NCBI RefSeq assembly: GCF_988243305.1
Contig: NZ_OZ547136.1
Length of the DNA: 64,000 bases
Strand: one strand, 5' to 3'
Shown here piece after piece: positions 15,986 through 31,080 of this stretch; positions within the stretch are counted from its first letter, which is position 1, and every line of letters starts with the position of its first letter. A model generated the notes under the pieces. That model saw only the letters and a program-made list of their open reading frames with translations. It was not told where the DNA came from and searched no databases. The translations under genes were made by a program, and so were the position numbers.

Positions 15986-16531
15986 ATGTCTGAAGCTCCT
16001 AAAAAGCGCTGGTACGTCGTTCAGGCGTTTTCCGGTTTTGAAGGCCGCGTAGCAACGTCGCTGCGTGAGCATATCAAATTACACAACATGGAAGATTTGT
16101 TTGGTGAAGTCATGGTACCAACCGAAGAAGTGGTTGAAATCCGTGGCGGTCAGCGTCGCAAAAGCGAACGTAAATTCTTCCCTGGCTACGTCCTCGTTCA
16201 GATGGTGATGAACGACGCGAGCTGGCACCTGGTGCGCAGCGTACCGCGTGTGATGGGCTTCATCGGCGGTACTTCCGATCGTCCTGCACCAATCAGCGAT
16301 AAAGAAGTCGATGCGATTATGAACCGCCTGCAGCAGGTTGGTGATAAGCCGCGTCCGAAAACGCTGTTTGAACCGGGTGAAATGGTCCGTGTTAATGATG
16401 GTCCGTTCGCTGACTTCAACGGTGTTGTTGAAGAAGTGGATTACGAGAAATCTCGTCTGAAAGTGTCTGTTTCTATCTTCGGTCGTGCGACCCCGGTAGA
16501 GCTGGACTTCAGCCAGGTTGAAAAAGCCTAA
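15986..16531 (+). CDS. nusG: Transcription termination/antitermination factor NusG, 181 aa
   Basis: ORF track; [22 protein letters not shown]... Confidence 0.95.
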
Positions 16532-16562
16532 CCCAGCGATCAAAAAAGCGGCGATTTAATCG

Positions 16563-16591
16563 TTGCACAAGGCGCGAGATTGGAATACAAT
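16563..16591 (+). promoter_or_regulatory. Candidate rplKA (L11) promoter (-35 TTGCAC, 17-bp spacer, -10 TACAAT) overlapping the nusG terminator hairpin
   Basis: cgTTGCACaaggcgcgagattggaaTACAATttcgcgccttttgttttt; hairpin GGCGCGA...TCGCGCC followed by T-run. Confidence 0.45.
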
Positions 16592-16626
16592 TTCGCGCCT
16601 TTTGTTTTTATGGGCCTTGCCCGTAA

Positions 16627-17826
<1,200 letters not shown>

Positions 17827-17877
17827 TGCCTTTACGTGGGCGGTGATTTTGTCTACAATCTTACCCCCACGTATAAT

Positions 17878-18238
17878 GCTTAATGCAGACGTATGTCCGA
17901 GATATTCGGGTTGTGGCAAGGCGGCAACTGAGTGAGTCGCCAGGAGCATAGCTAACTATGTGACTGGTGCGAACGAAGGAAGCCAACGCCGCCACAAGCT
18001 GAATAGCGACGGATAGAAAAGATTTGTTCGTTGGAGCCTGGCCTATCCAGGCCTCCGTCGAAGACCGCAGGAGTTTCGCAAGAAACTTAATCCCCTGCGT
18101 AGACGGTGACAGAACGCTAAGATTATTCTTTTATATTCTGGCTTGTTTCTGCTCACCGTAATTAAGACGCTCTCTCCGTTTGGAGGAGTGAAGTGAGTTC
18201 CAGAGATTTTCTCTGGCAAACATCCAGGAGCAAAGCTA
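17878..18238 (+). promoter_or_regulatory. rplJL leader: long untranslated leader, target of L10(L12)4 autogenous translational control; candidate promoter -10 TATAAT at 17872-17877
   Basis: 412-nt untranslated gap between rplA and rplJ identical in length to K-12; established knowledge of L10 leader regulation. Confidence 0.55.
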
Positions 18239-18736
18239 ATGGCTTTAAATCTTCAAGACAAACAAGCGATTGTTGCTGAAGTCAGCGAAGTAGCCAAAGG
18301 CGCGCTGTCTGCAGTAGTTGCGGATTCCCGTGGCGTAACTGTAGATAAAATGACTGAACTGCGTAAAGCAGGTCGCGAAGCTGGCGTATACATGCGTGTT
18401 GTTCGTAACACCCTGCTGCGCCGTGCTGTTGAAGGTACTCCGTTCGAGTGCCTGAAAGACGCGTTTGTTGGTCCGACCCTGATTGCATACTCTATGGAAC
18501 ACCCGGGCGCTGCTGCTCGTCTGTTCAAAGAGTTCGCGAAAGCGAATGCAAAATTTGAGGTCAAAGCCGCTGCCTTTGAAGGTGAGCTGATCCCGGCGTC
18601 TCAGATCGACCGCCTGGCAACTCTGCCGACCTACGAAGAAGCAATTGCACGCCTGATGGCAACCATGAAAGAAGCTTCGGCTGGCAAACTGGTTCGTACT
18701 CTGGCTGCTGTACGCGATGCGAAAGAAGCTGCTTAA
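18239..18736 (+). CDS. rplJ: 50S ribosomal protein L10, 165 aa
   Basis: ORF track; recognised product. Confidence 0.95.
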
Positions 18737-18802
18737 TCGCAGTTATCTTTTTAACGCATTCGCTTACGTATAAACTTATTCTGATATTCAGGAACAATTT
18801 AA

Positions 18803-19168
<366 letters not shown>

Positions 19169-19207
19169 GCCAACCCTTCCGGTTGCAGCCTGAGAAATCA
19201 GGCTGAT

Positions 19208-19240
19208 GGCTGGTGACTTTTTAGTCACCAGCCTTTTTGC
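19208..19240 (+). terminator. rplL-rpoB attenuator (partial intrinsic terminator)
   Basis: GGCTGGTGAC-ttttta-GTCACCAGCC followed by TTTTTGCGC, between rplL and rpoB. Confidence 0.75.
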
Positions 19241-19487
19241 GCTGTAAGGCGCCAGTAGCGTTTCACACTGTTTGACTACTGCTGTGCCTTTCAATGCTTG
19301 TTTCTATCGACGACTTAATATACTGCGACAGGACGTCCGTTCTGTGTAAATCGCAATGAAATGGTTTAAGCGTGATAGCAACAGGCATTGCGGAAAGTGT
19401 TCCATTTTCCGGTCAACAAAATAGTGTTGCACAAACTGTCCGCTCAATGGACAGATGGGTCGACTTGTCAGCGAGCTGAGGAACCCT

Positions 19488-22400
19488 ATGGTTTACTCCT
19501 ATACCGAGAAAAAACGTATTCGTAAGGATTTTGGTAAACGTCCACAAGTTCTGGATGTACCTTATCTCCTTTCTATCCAGCTTGACTCGTTTCAGAAATT
19601 TATCGAGCAAGATCCTGAAGGGCAGTATGGTCTGGAAGCTGCTTTCCGTTCCGTATTCCCGATTCAGAGCTACAGCGGTAATTCCGAGCTGCAATACGTC
19701 AGCTACCGCCTTGGCGAACCGGTGTTTGACGTCCAGGAATGTCAAATCCGTGGCGTGACCTATTCCGCACCGCTGCGCGTTAAACTGCGTCTGGTGATCT
19801 ATGAGCGCGAAGCGCCGGAAGGCACCGTAAAAGACATTAAAGAACAAGAAGTCTACATGGGCGAAATTCCGCTCATGACAGATAACGGTACCTTTGTTAT
19901 CAACGGTACTGAGCGTGTTATCGTTTCCCAGCTGCACCGTAGTCCGGGCGTCTTCTTTGACTCCGACAAAGGTAAAACCCACTCTTCGGGTAAAGTACTG
20001 TATAACGCGCGAATCATCCCTTACCGTGGTTCCTGGCTGGACTTCGAATTCGATCCGAAGGACAACCTGTTCGTACGTATCGACCGTCGCCGTAAACTGC
20101 CTGCGACCATCATTCTGCGCGCCCTGAACTACACCACAGAGCAGATCCTCGACCTGTTCTTTGAAAAAGTTATCTTTGAAATCCGTGATAACAAGCTGCA
20201 GATGGAACTGGTGCCGGAACGCCTGCGTGGTGAAACCGCATCTTTTGACATCGAAGCTAACGGTAAAGTGTACGTAGAAAAAGGCCGCCGTATCACTGCG
20301 CGCCACATTCGCCAGCTGGAAAAAGACGACGTCAAACTGATCGAAGTCCCGGTTGAGTACATCGCAGGTAAAGTGGTTGCTAAAGACTATATTGATGAGT
20401 CTACCGGCGAGCTGATCTGTGCTGCGAACATGGAGCTGAGCCTGGATCTGCTGGCTAAGCTGAGCCAGTCTGGTCACAAGCGTATCGAAACGCTGTTCAC
20501 CAACGATCTGGATCACGGCCCATATATCTCTGAAACCTTACGTGTCGACCCAACTAACGACCGTCTGAGCGCACTGGTAGAAATCTACCGCATGATGCGC
20601 CCTGGCGAGCCGCCGACTCGTGAAGCAGCTGAAAGCCTGTTCGAGAACCTGTTCTTCTCCGAAGACCGTTATGACTTGTCTGCGGTTGGTCGTATGAAGT
20701 TCAACCGTTCTCTGCTGCGCGAAGAAATCGAAGGTTCCGGTATCCTGAGCAAAGACGACATCATTGATGTTATGAAAAAGCTCATTGATATCCGTAACGG
20801 TAAAGGCGAAGTCGATGATATCGACCACCTCGGCAACCGTCGTATCCGTTCCGTTGGCGAAATGGCGGAAAACCAGTTCCGCGTTGGCCTGGTACGTGTA
20901 GAGCGTGCGGTGAAAGAGCGTCTGTCTCTGGGCGATCTGGATACCCTGATGCCTCAGGATATGATCAACGCCAAGCCGATTTCCGCAGCAGTGAAAGAGT
21001 TCTTCGGTTCCAGCCAGCTGTCTCAGTTTATGGACCAGAACAACCCGCTGTCTGAGATTACGCACAAACGTCGTATCTCCGCACTCGGCCCAGGTGGTCT
21101 GACCCGTGAACGTGCAGGCTTCGAAGTTCGAGACGTACACCCGACTCACTACGGTCGCGTATGTCCAATCGAAACCCCTGAAGGTCCGAACATCGGTCTG
21201 ATCAACTCTCTGTCTGTGTACGCACAGACTAACGAATACGGCTTCCTTGAGACTCCGTATCGTAAAGTGACCGACGGTGTTGTAACTGACGAAATTCACT
21301 ACCTGTCTGCTATCGAAGAAGGCAACTACGTTATCGCCCAGGCGAACTCCAACCTGGATGAAGAAGGCCACTTCGTAGAAGACCTGGTAACTTGCCGTAG
21401 CAAAGGCGAATCCAGCTTGTTCAGCCGCGACCAGGTTGACTACATGGACGTATCCACCCAGCAGGTGGTATCTGTCGGTGCGTCCCTGATCCCGTTCCTG
21501 GAACACGATGACGCCAACCGTGCATTGATGGGTGCGAACATGCAACGTCAGGCCGTTCCGACTCTGCGTGCTGATAAGCCGCTGGTTGGTACTGGTATGG
21601 AACGTGCTGTTGCCGTTGACTCCGGTGTAACTGCGGTTGCTAAACGTGGTGGTGTCGTTCAGTACGTGGATGCTTCCCGTATCGTTATCAAAGTTAACGA
21701 AGACGAGATGTATCCGGGTGAAGCAGGTATCGACATCTATAACCTGACCAAATACACCCGTTCTAACCAGAACACCTGTATCAACCAGATGCCGTGTGTG
21801 TCTCTGGGTGAACCGGTAGAACGTGGCGACGTGCTGGCAGATGGTCCGTCTACCGACCTCGGTGAACTGGCGCTGGGTCAGAACATGCGCGTAGCGTTCA
21901 TGCCGTGGAATGGTTACAACTTCGAAGACTCCATCCTCGTATCCGAGCGTGTTGTTCAGGAAGACCGTTTCACCACCATCCACATTCAGGAACTGGCGTG
22001 TGTGTCCCGTGACACCAAGCTGGGGCCGGAAGAGATCACCGCTGACATCCCGAACGTGGGTGAAGCTGCGCTCTCCAAACTGGATGAATCCGGTATCGTT
22101 TACATTGGTGCGGAAGTAACCGGTGGCGACATTCTGGTTGGTAAGGTAACGCCGAAAGGTGAAACTCAGCTGACCCCAGAAGAAAAACTGCTGCGTGCGA
22201 TCTTCGGTGAGAAAGCGTCTGACGTTAAAGACTCTTCTCTGCGCGTACCAAACGGTGTATCCGGTACGGTTATCGACGTTCAGGTCTTTACTCGCGATGG
22301 CGTAGAAAAAGACAAACGTGCGCTGGAAATCGAAGAAATGCAGCTCAAACAGGCGAAGAAAGACCTGTCTGAAGAACTGCAGATCCTCGAAGCGGGTCTG

Positions 22401-23516
22401 TTCAGCCGTATCCGTGCTGTGCTGGTAGCCGGTGGCGTTGAAGCTGAGAAGCTCGACAAACTGCCGCGCGATCGCTGGCTGGAGCTGGGCCTGACCGACG
22501 AAGAGAAACAAAATCAGCTGGAACAGCTGGCTGAGCAGTATGACGAACTGAAACACGAGTTCGAGAAGAAACTCGAAGCGAAACGCCGCAAAATCACCCA
22601 GGGCGACGATCTGGCACCGGGCGTGCTGAAGATTGTTAAGGTATATCTGGCGGTTAAACGCCGTATCCAGCCTGGTGACAAGATGGCAGGTCGTCACGGT
22701 AACAAGGGTGTAATTTCTAAGATCAACCCGATCGAAGATATGCCTTACGATGAAAACGGTACGCCGGTAGACATCGTACTGAACCCGCTGGGCGTACCGT
22801 CTCGTATGAACATCGGTCAGATCCTCGAAACCCACCTGGGTATGGCTGCGAAAGGTATCGGCGACAAGATCAACGCCATGCTGAAACAGCAGCAAGAAGT
22901 CGCGAAACTGCGCGAATTCATCCAGCGTGCGTACGATCTGGGCGCTGACGTTCGTCAGAAAGTTGATCTGAGTACCTTCAGCGATGAAGAAGTTATGCGT
23001 CTGGCTGAAAACCTGCGCAAAGGTATGCCAATCGCAACGCCAGTGTTCGACGGTGCGAAAGAAGCAGAAATTAAAGAGCTGCTGAAACTTGGCGACCTGC
23101 CGACTTCTGGTCAGATCCGCCTGTACGACGGCCGCACTGGTGAACAGTTCGAGCGTCCGGTAACCGTTGGTTACATGTACATGCTGAAACTGAACCACCT
23201 GGTCGACGACAAGATGCACGCGCGTTCCACCGGTTCTTACAGCCTGGTTACTCAGCAGCCGCTGGGTGGTAAGGCACAGTTCGGTGGTCAGCGTTTCGGG
23301 GAGATGGAAGTGTGGGCGCTGGAAGCATACGGCGCAGCATACACCCTGCAGGAAATGCTCACCGTTAAGTCTGATGACGTGAACGGTCGTACTAAGATGT
23401 ATAAAAACATCGTGGACGGCAACCATCAGATGGAGCCGGGCATGCCAGAATCCTTCAACGTATTGTTGAAAGAGATTCGTTCGCTGGGTATCAACATCGA
23501 ACTGGAAGACGAGTAA
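19488..23516 (+). CDS. rpoB: DNA-directed RNA polymerase beta subunit, 1342 aa
   Basis: ORF track 19455..23516, start trimmed to [21 protein letters not shown] (RBS GAGG 8 nt upstream). Confidence 0.95.
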
Positions 23517-23592
23517 TTCTCGCTCAAACAGGTCACTGCTGTCGGGGTAAAACCCGGCAGCGGATTGTGCTAACTCCGACGGGAGCAAATCC

Positions 23593-26500
23593 GTGAAAGA
23601 TTTATTAAAGTTTCTGAAAGCGCAGACTAAAACCGAAGAGTTTGATGCGATCAAAATTGCTCTGGCTTCGCCAGACATGATCCGTTCATGGTCTTTCGGT
23701 GAAGTTAAAAAGCCGGAAACCATCAACTACCGTACGTTCAAACCAGAACGTGACGGCCTTTTCTGCGCCCGTATCTTTGGGCCGGTAAAAGATTACGAGT
23801 GCCTGTGCGGTAAGTACAAGCGCCTGAAACACCGTGGTGTCATCTGTGAGAAGTGCGGCGTTGAAGTGACCCAGACTAAAGTACGCCGTGAGCGTATGGG
23901 CCACATCGAACTGGCTTCCCCGACTGCGCACATCTGGTTCCTGAAATCGCTGCCGTCCCGTATCGGCCTGCTGCTCGATATGCCGCTGCGCGATATCGAA
24001 CGCGTACTGTACTTCGAATCCTATGTGGTTATTGAAGGCGGTATGACCAACCTGGAGCGTCAGCAGATCCTGACTGAAGAGCAGTATCTGGACGCGCTGG
24101 AAGAGTTCGGTGACGAATTCGACGCGAAGATGGGTGCGGAAGCAATCCAGGCTCTGCTGAAGAGCATGGATCTGGAGCAAGAGTGCGAACAGCTGCGTGA
24201 AGAGCTGAACGAAACCAACTCCGAAACTAAGCGTAAAAAGCTGACCAAGCGTATCAAACTGCTGGAAGCGTTCGTTCAGTCTGGTAACAAACCAGAGTGG
24301 ATGATCCTGACCGTTCTGCCGGTACTGCCGCCAGATCTGCGTCCGCTGGTTCCGCTGGATGGTGGTCGTTTCGCGACTTCTGACCTGAACGATCTGTATC
24401 GTCGCGTCATTAACCGTAACAACCGTCTGAAACGTCTGCTGGATCTGGCTGCGCCGGACATCATCGTACGTAACGAAAAACGTATGCTGCAGGAAGCGGT
24501 AGACGCCCTGCTGGATAACGGTCGTCGCGGTCGTGCGATCACCGGTTCTAACAAGCGTCCTCTGAAATCTTTGGCCGACATGATCAAAGGTAAACAGGGT
24601 CGTTTCCGTCAGAACCTGCTCGGTAAGCGTGTTGACTATTCCGGTCGTTCTGTAATCACCGTAGGTCCATACCTGCGTCTGCATCAGTGCGGTCTGCCGA
24701 AGAAAATGGCGCTGGAGCTGTTCAAACCGTTCATCTACGGCAAGCTGGAACTGCGTGGTCTTGCTACCACCATTAAAGCTGCGAAGAAAATGGTTGAGCG
24801 CGAAGAAGCTGTCGTTTGGGATATCCTGGACGAAGTTATCCGCGAACACCCGGTACTGCTGAACCGTGCACCGACTCTGCACCGTCTGGGTATCCAGGCA
24901 TTTGAACCGGTACTGATCGAAGGTAAAGCTATCCAGCTGCACCCGCTGGTTTGTGCGGCATATAACGCCGACTTCGATGGTGACCAGATGGCAGTTCACG
25001 TACCGCTGACGCTGGAAGCCCAGCTGGAAGCGCGTGCGCTGATGATGTCTACCAACAACATCCTGTCCCCGGCGAACGGCGAACCAATCATCGTTCCGTC
25101 TCAGGACGTTGTACTGGGTCTGTACTACATGACCCGTGACTGTGTTAACGCCAAAGGCGAAGGCATGGTGCTGACTGGCCCGAAAGAAGCAGAACGTCTG
25201 TATCGCTCTGGTCTGGCTTCTCTGCATGCGCGCGTTAAAGTGCGTATCACCGAGTATGAAAAAGATGCTAACGGTGAATTAGTAGCGAAAACCAGCCTGA
25301 AAGATACGACTGTTGGCCGTGCCATTCTGTGGATGATTGTACCGAAAGGTCTGCCTTACTCCATCGTCAACCAGGCGCTGGGTAAAAAAGCAATCTCCAA
25401 AATGCTGAACACCTGCTACCGCATTCTCGGTCTGAAACCGACCGTTATTTTTGCGGACCAGATCATGTATACCGGCTTTGCATATGCAGCGCGTTCTGGT
25501 GCATCTGTTGGTATCGATGACATGGTCATCCCGGAGAAGAAACACGAAATCATCTCCGAGGCAGAAGCAGAAGTTGCTGAAATTCAGGAGCAGTTCCAGT
25601 CTGGTCTGGTAACTGCGGGCGAACGCTATAACAAAGTTATCGATATCTGGGCTGCGGCGAACGATCGTGTATCCAAAGCGATGATGGATAACCTGCAAAC
25701 TGAAACCGTTATTAACCGTGACGGTCAGGAAGAGAAGCAGGTTTCCTTCAACAGCATCTACATGATGGCCGACTCCGGTGCGCGTGGTTCTGCGGCACAG
25801 ATTCGTCAGCTTGCTGGTATGCGTGGTCTGATGGCGAAGCCGGATGGCTCCATCATCGAAACGCCAATCACCGCGAACTTCCGTGAAGGTCTGAACGTAC
25901 TCCAGTACTTCATCTCCACCCACGGTGCTCGTAAAGGTCTGGCGGACACCGCACTGAAAACTGCGAACTCCGGTTACCTGACTCGTCGTCTGGTTGACGT
26001 GGCGCAGGACCTGGTGGTTACCGAAGACGATTGTGGTACTCATGAAGGTATCATGATGACTCCGGTTATCGAAGGTGGTGACGTTAAAGAGCCGCTGCGC
26101 GATCGCGTACTGGGTCGTGTAACTGCTGAAGACGTTCTGAAGCCGGGTACTGCTGATATCCTCGTTCCGCGCAACACGCTGCTGCACGAACAGTGGTGTG
26201 ACCTGCTGGAAGAGAACTCTGTCGACGCGGTTAAAGTACGTTCTGTTGTATCTTGTGACACCGACTTTGGTGTATGTGCGCACTGCTACGGTCGTGACCT
26301 GGCGCGTGGCCACATCATCAATAAAGGTGAAGCAATCGGTGTTATCGCGGCACAGTCCATCGGTGAACCGGGTACACAGCTGACCATGCGTACGTTCCAC
26401 ATCGGTGGTGCGGCATCACGTGCGGCTGCTGAATCCAGCATCCAGGTGAAAAACAAAGGTAGCATCAAGCTCAGCAACGTGAAGTCGGTTGTGAACTCCA

Positions 26501-27816
26501 GCGGTAAACTGGTTATCACTTCCCGTAACACCGAACTGAAACTGATCGACGAATTCGGTCGTACCAAAGAAAGCTACAAAGTACCTTACGGTGCGGTACT
26601 GGCGAAAGGCGATGGCGAACAGGTTGCTGGCGGCGAAACCGTTGCAAACTGGGACCCGCACACCATGCCGGTTATCACCGAAGTAAGCGGTTTTGTACGC
26701 TTTACTGACATGATCGACGGTCAGACCATTACGCGTCAGACCGACGAATTGACCGGTCTGTCTTCGCTGGTGGTTCTGGATTCCGCAGAACGTACCGCAG
26801 GTGGTAAAGATCTGCGTCCGGCACTGAAAATCGTTGATGCTCAGGGTAACGACGTTCTGATCCCGGGTACCGATATGCCAGCGCAGTACTTCCTGCCGGG
26901 TAAAGCGATTGTTCAGCTGGAAGATGGCGTACAGATCAGCTCTGGTGACACCCTGGCGCGTATTCCGCAGGAATCCGGCGGTACCAAGGACATCACCGGT
27001 GGTCTGCCGCGCGTTGCGGACCTGTTCGAAGCACGTCGTCCGAAAGAGCCGGCAATCCTGGCTGAAATCAGCGGTATCGTTTCCTTCGGTAAAGAAACCA
27101 AAGGTAAACGTCGTCTGGTTATCACCCCGGTAGACGGTAGCGATCCGTACGAAGAGATGATTCCGAAATGGCGTCAGCTCAACGTGTTCGAAGGTGAACG
27201 TGTAGAACGTGGTGACGTAATTTCCGACGGTCCGGAAGCGCCGCACGACATTCTGCGTCTGCGTGGTGTTCATGCTGTTACTCGTTACATCGTTAACGAA
27301 GTACAGGACGTATACCGTCTGCAGGGCGTTAAGATTAACGATAAACACATCGAAGTTATCGTTCGTCAGATGCTGCGTAAAGCTACCATCGTTAACGCGG
27401 GCAGCTCCGACTTCCTGGAAGGCGAACAGGTTGAATACTCTCGCGTCAAGATCGCAAACCGCGAACTGGAAGCGAACGGCAAAGTGGGTGCAACTTACTC
27501 CCGCGATCTGCTGGGTATCACCAAAGCGTCTCTGGCAACCGAGTCCTTCATCTCCGCGGCATCGTTCCAGGAGACCACTCGCGTGCTGACCGAAGCAGCC
27601 GTTGCGGGCAAACGCGACGAACTGCGCGGCCTGAAAGAGAACGTTATCGTGGGTCGTCTGATCCCGGCAGGTACTGGTTACGCGTACCACCAGGATCGTA
27701 TGCGTCGCCGTGCTGCGGGTGAAGCTCCGGCTGCACCGCAGGTGACTGCAGAAGACGCATCTGCCAGCCTGGCAGAACTGCTGAACGCAGGTCTGGGCGG
27801 TTCTGATAACGAGTAA
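23593..27816 (+). CDS. rpoC: DNA-directed RNA polymerase beta' subunit, 1407 aa (GTG start)
   Basis: ORF track; [77 protein letters not shown]...; catalytic NADFDGD motif. Confidence 0.95.
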
Positions 27817-27837
27817 TCGTTAATCCGCAAATAACGT

Positions 27838-27867
27838 AAAAACCCGCTTCGGCGGGTTTTTTTATGG
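27838..27867 (+). terminator. rpoC intrinsic terminator
   Basis: AACCCGC-ttcg-GCGGGTT followed by TTTTTTAT. Confidence 0.8.
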
Positions 27868-28028
27868 GGGTAGTTTAGGGAAAGAGCATTTGTCAGAATA
27901 TTTAATGAATTTCTGGATACTCATAATCAATGTAGAGATGACTAATATCCTGAAACTGACTGAACTAATTGAGTCAAGCTCGGCAAGAATTCGATACTAT
28001 TCCTGTGTGACTTTCTTAAGGAACGATA

Positions 28029-28568
28029 ATGAAACAGGAAGTGGAGAAGTGGCGACCTTTTGGACATCCGGATGGTGATATTCGTGATTTATCATTTCTT
28101 GATGCTCATCAGGCTGTCTACGTTCAGCATCATGAGGGCAAAGAGCCTTTAGAGTATCGCTTCTGGGTTACCTACTCTCTTCACTGCTTCACAAAAGATT
28201 ATGAACATCAGACTAACGAAGAAAAACAATCGTTAATGTACCACGCGCCTAAAGAATCTCGTCCCTTCTGCCAGCACCGTTATAACTTAGCGCGCATACA
28301 CTTAAAAAGAACCATTTTGGCGCTGCCAGAAAGCAACGTTATTCATGCTGGGTATGGTAGCTATGCCGTGATTGAAGTGGATTTAAACGGAGGAGACAAG
28401 GCATTTTACTTTGTTGCGTTCAGGGCTTTCAGGGAAAAGAAAAAACTTCGTTTGCATGTAACTAGCGCTTATCCCATTTCTGAAAAACAGAAAGGTAAAT
28501 CAGTGAAATTTTTCACCATTGCCTACAACTTATTGAGAAATAAGCAGCTTCCTCAGCCCTCAAAATAA
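28029..28568 (+). CDS. yjaZ: YjaZ (HtrC) stationary-phase / heat-shock associated protein, 179 aa
   Basis: ORF track; conserved K-12 position after rpoC; AT-rich upstream region. Confidence 0.75.
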   Translation: MKQEVEKWRPFGHPDGDIRDLSFLDAHQAVYVQHHEGKEPLEYRFWVTYSLHCFTKDYEHQTNEEKQSLMYHAPKESRPFCQHRYNLARIHLKRTILALPESNVIHAGYGSYAVIEVDLNGGDKAFYFVAFRAFREKKKLRLHVTSAYPISEKQKGKSVKFFTIAYNLLRNKQLPQPSK

Positions 28569-28569
28569 C

Positions 28570-28730
28570 AAAACCCACCTTAAGGTGGGTTTCGCCAGAG
28601 AATTATCTCTGGTATTCAGAACGCCATTACCGGACTTTGCCTTGACCTTGCGATAATCGCAGGTTGCGGGATGTCTGAATTTCTTCAGTCTGCTGCATCC
28701 TGGAAGATGAGAACATGTGTTCTTATTTTC
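28570..28730 (-). ncRNA. sroH: Possible SroH small RNA (recalled from K-12 annotation of the yjaZ-thiH spacer)
   Basis: Recollection only of K-12 sRNA annotation in this spacer; minus-strand hairpin AAACCCACC-ttaa-GGTGGGTTT followed by T-rich run at 28570-28596 would fit its terminator. Not verifiable from sequence alone. Confidence 0.25.
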
Positions 28731-28977
28731 GTCTCTATCATAGTTGAGTATTTACTCTCTTACAATCAGATCTCTTTCATTGCTCAACAGGCGATGGCTT
28801 CAGACTTTGCATTACGGAATTTTTAAGAAAGGCAGGGCGAAACGAGGAAGAAGCTTTTCGCCCTGGACAACATTCCTGCTGACGGCACTACCATAAAAAA
28901 ACACAACGCTTTCAACAACCTTGCGTTTTTCATCTTCCGTAGCGGCTCGGAATAAATTTACGTTCTTACATTCTGTC

Positions 28978-30111
28978 TCATGGCCTTTGCGAGGCGCGTC
29001 CCAGATAGCTGTCCCAGTCTTTCCATACCGGCTGCAAACCCTGAGCAGTTAACGCGGCAGCAACCGCTTCCGGTCTGCGACCGTCGTGCGGTGAGAACTG
29101 TTCCAGCTCGGGGTGATTGTCGGCATAGCCACCTGGCTGCGTTTTCGAAAAAGCGCTGACGTTATTAATTGCCAGCGGAATCACGCGATCGCGAAACCAC
29201 GGTGATTCCCGCGTGGAGAGTGACAGTTCAATCTCCGGTGCAAGCAGCCGGAAGGCGCAGATGGTTTGCACTAACTGGCGTTCATCCATAATCGACGCAG
29301 GCTCAATGCCGCCAGTACATGGACGCAGGCGTGGGAAGGAGACAGAGTAGCGGCTTTGCCAGTAATGCTGTTGCAGCCATAGCAAATGTTCTGCAACCAT
29401 ATAGCAGTCAACGCGCCAGCTGTCGGAAAGGCCAATTAGCGCGCCGAGGCCTATCTTATCAATCCCCGCACGGCCCAGCCGATCCGGCGTTTCCAGCCGC
29501 CAGAAGAAGTCCTGTTTTTTGCCTTTCAGATGGTGGCGGGCATAAGTCGCCTCGTGATATGTCTCCTGATAAACCATCACGCCATCCAGACCAAGTTGCT
29601 TTAACTCGGCGTATTCCGTCTCCGCCAGCGGCTGTACTTCCATCTGTAGTGAAGAGAACTGTTCACGCAGGGCAGGGAGATGACGACGAAAGTAATTCAT
29701 CCCCACTTTCGCCTGATGTTCACCAGTGACTAAAAGCAGATGTTCAAAGCCCATCTCCCGTATAGCGGCGCTTTCCCTGGCAATATCCGCTTCATCCAGC
29801 GTTTTGCGCTTGATGCGGTTGCTCATAGAGAATCCGCAGTACGTACAGTCGTTAGCGCAAAGATTGGAAAGATAAAGCGGGACGTAGAAGCTGACGACGT
29901 TGCCAAATCGCTGACGGGTCAGACGCTGCGCCCGTTGGGCCAGTGGTTCCAGATAGCCACTGGCGGCTGGCGATAACAGCGCCATCATATCGTCGCGGGT
30001 GAGTTGCGAGACATTTAGCGCCCGCTCTACGTCAGCAGCCGTTTTGCCGTTGATACGCAGGCGGATGTCGTCCCAGTCCAGTTGTCGCCAGCGATCGCTG
30101 AAGGTTTTCAT
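28978..30111 (-). CDS. thiH: 2-iminoacetate synthase ThiH (radical SAM), 377 aa
   Basis: ORF track; CxxxCxxC radical-SAM cysteine motif ([10 protein letters not shown]). Confidence 0.9.
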
Positions 30112-30878
30112 GCCGATGCCTCCAGAAATCCGGTCAGCGGGCTGGTGGCATGAGCAAAATGACTGCGGCTGCCCGGTCCGGACTGCCGTGCCAGCAGGCC
30201 TGCTTCTACTGCCAGACGAAATGCCTTCGCCATGTTGACGGGATCGTCCGCGACGGCAATCGCCGTATTCACTAACACCGCGTCGGCCCCCATTTCCAGC
30301 GCCTGCGCGGCATGGCTGGGAACGCCGATGCCAGCATCGACAACCACCGGAACCGTGGCCTGCTGGATAATAATCTCCAGCATGGCGCGGGTTTCCAGTC
30401 CCTGATTCGAGCCAATCGGCGCGCCGAGCGGCATCACCGCTGCACAGCCGACTTCTTCCAGACGTTTACACAATACCGGATCGGCCCCGCAGTAAGGCAG
30501 CACGACAAATCCCTGTTGTACCAGCGTTTCGGCGGCTTTCAGGGTTTCGATGGGATCGGGCAACAGCCAGCGGGCGTCAGGGTGAATCTCTAATTTTAGC
30601 CAGTTTGTGCCTAATGCTTCACGTGCCAGATGGGCGGCGAAAATGGCTTCTTCCGCTGTTTTCGCCCCGGAAGTATTCGGCAGCAGGGTCACACCCGCCG
30701 CGATAAGCGGTTCGAGGATAGCGTCGTTGTGCTGGCGCAAGTCGACACGTTTCATCGCCAGCGTCACCAGCTGGCTGCCGGAAGCGCGGATCGCCTCCAC
30801 CATCAGTTGTGAAGAAGCGAATTTCCCGGTGCCGGTAAACAGATGTGAATCAAACGTTTTGTCCGCAATACGTAACAT
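30108..30878 (-). CDS. thiG: Thiazole synthase ThiG, 256 aa
   Basis: ORF track 30108..31136, start trimmed to [20 protein letters not shown]...; overlaps thiH by 4 nt. Confidence 0.85.
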
Positions 30879-30879
30879 C

Positions 30880-31080
30880 TCAACCCCCTGCAATAACCTG
30901 AAAAAGCAGGATCTGGTCGCCATCCTGCACGATATGTTGCGCCCATTGATCACGCGGGACGATTTGCTGATTAATCGCCAGAGCCGCGCCCGCTTGTCGT
31001 TGGTCGAGTTGCTCCAGTAGTTCGTGAACAGTTTGCCCGGCGGCGCACTGCATCGGTTGATCGTTAAACAGGATCTGCAT
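30880..31080 (-). CDS. thiS: Sulfur-carrier protein ThiS, 66 aa
   Basis: ORF track 30880..31107 trimmed to [11 protein letters not shown]...; C-terminal Gly-Gly. Confidence 0.85.

Noticed and set aside
20538-23726. 1062-aa ORF antisense to rpoB, plus similar long antisense ORFs at 23686..25227, 25279..26400, 26416..27690, 14172..15281, 16636..17949, 19413..20516, 41930..42895, 43147..44124 and 44196..45794
   Set aside because: They lie entirely within and antisense to well-supported genes (rpoB, rpoC, tufB, rplK/rplA, zraR, purD, purH); such stop-free antisense frames are a common artefact of codon bias. Products are low-complexity with no recognisable domains.
27890-28078. 62-aa AT-rich ORF upstream of and overlapping the yjaZ start
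   Set aside because: No RBS, overlaps yjaZ in another frame, low-complexity product; more likely the yjaZ promoter region.
28570-28596. Hairpin AAACCCACC-ttaa-GGTGGGTTT just after the yjaZ stop, considered as a yjaZ terminator
   Set aside because: On the plus strand it lacks a convincing downstream T-tract; it reads better as a minus-strand terminator (T-rich run follows on that strand), so it is noted only under the low-confidence sroH feature.
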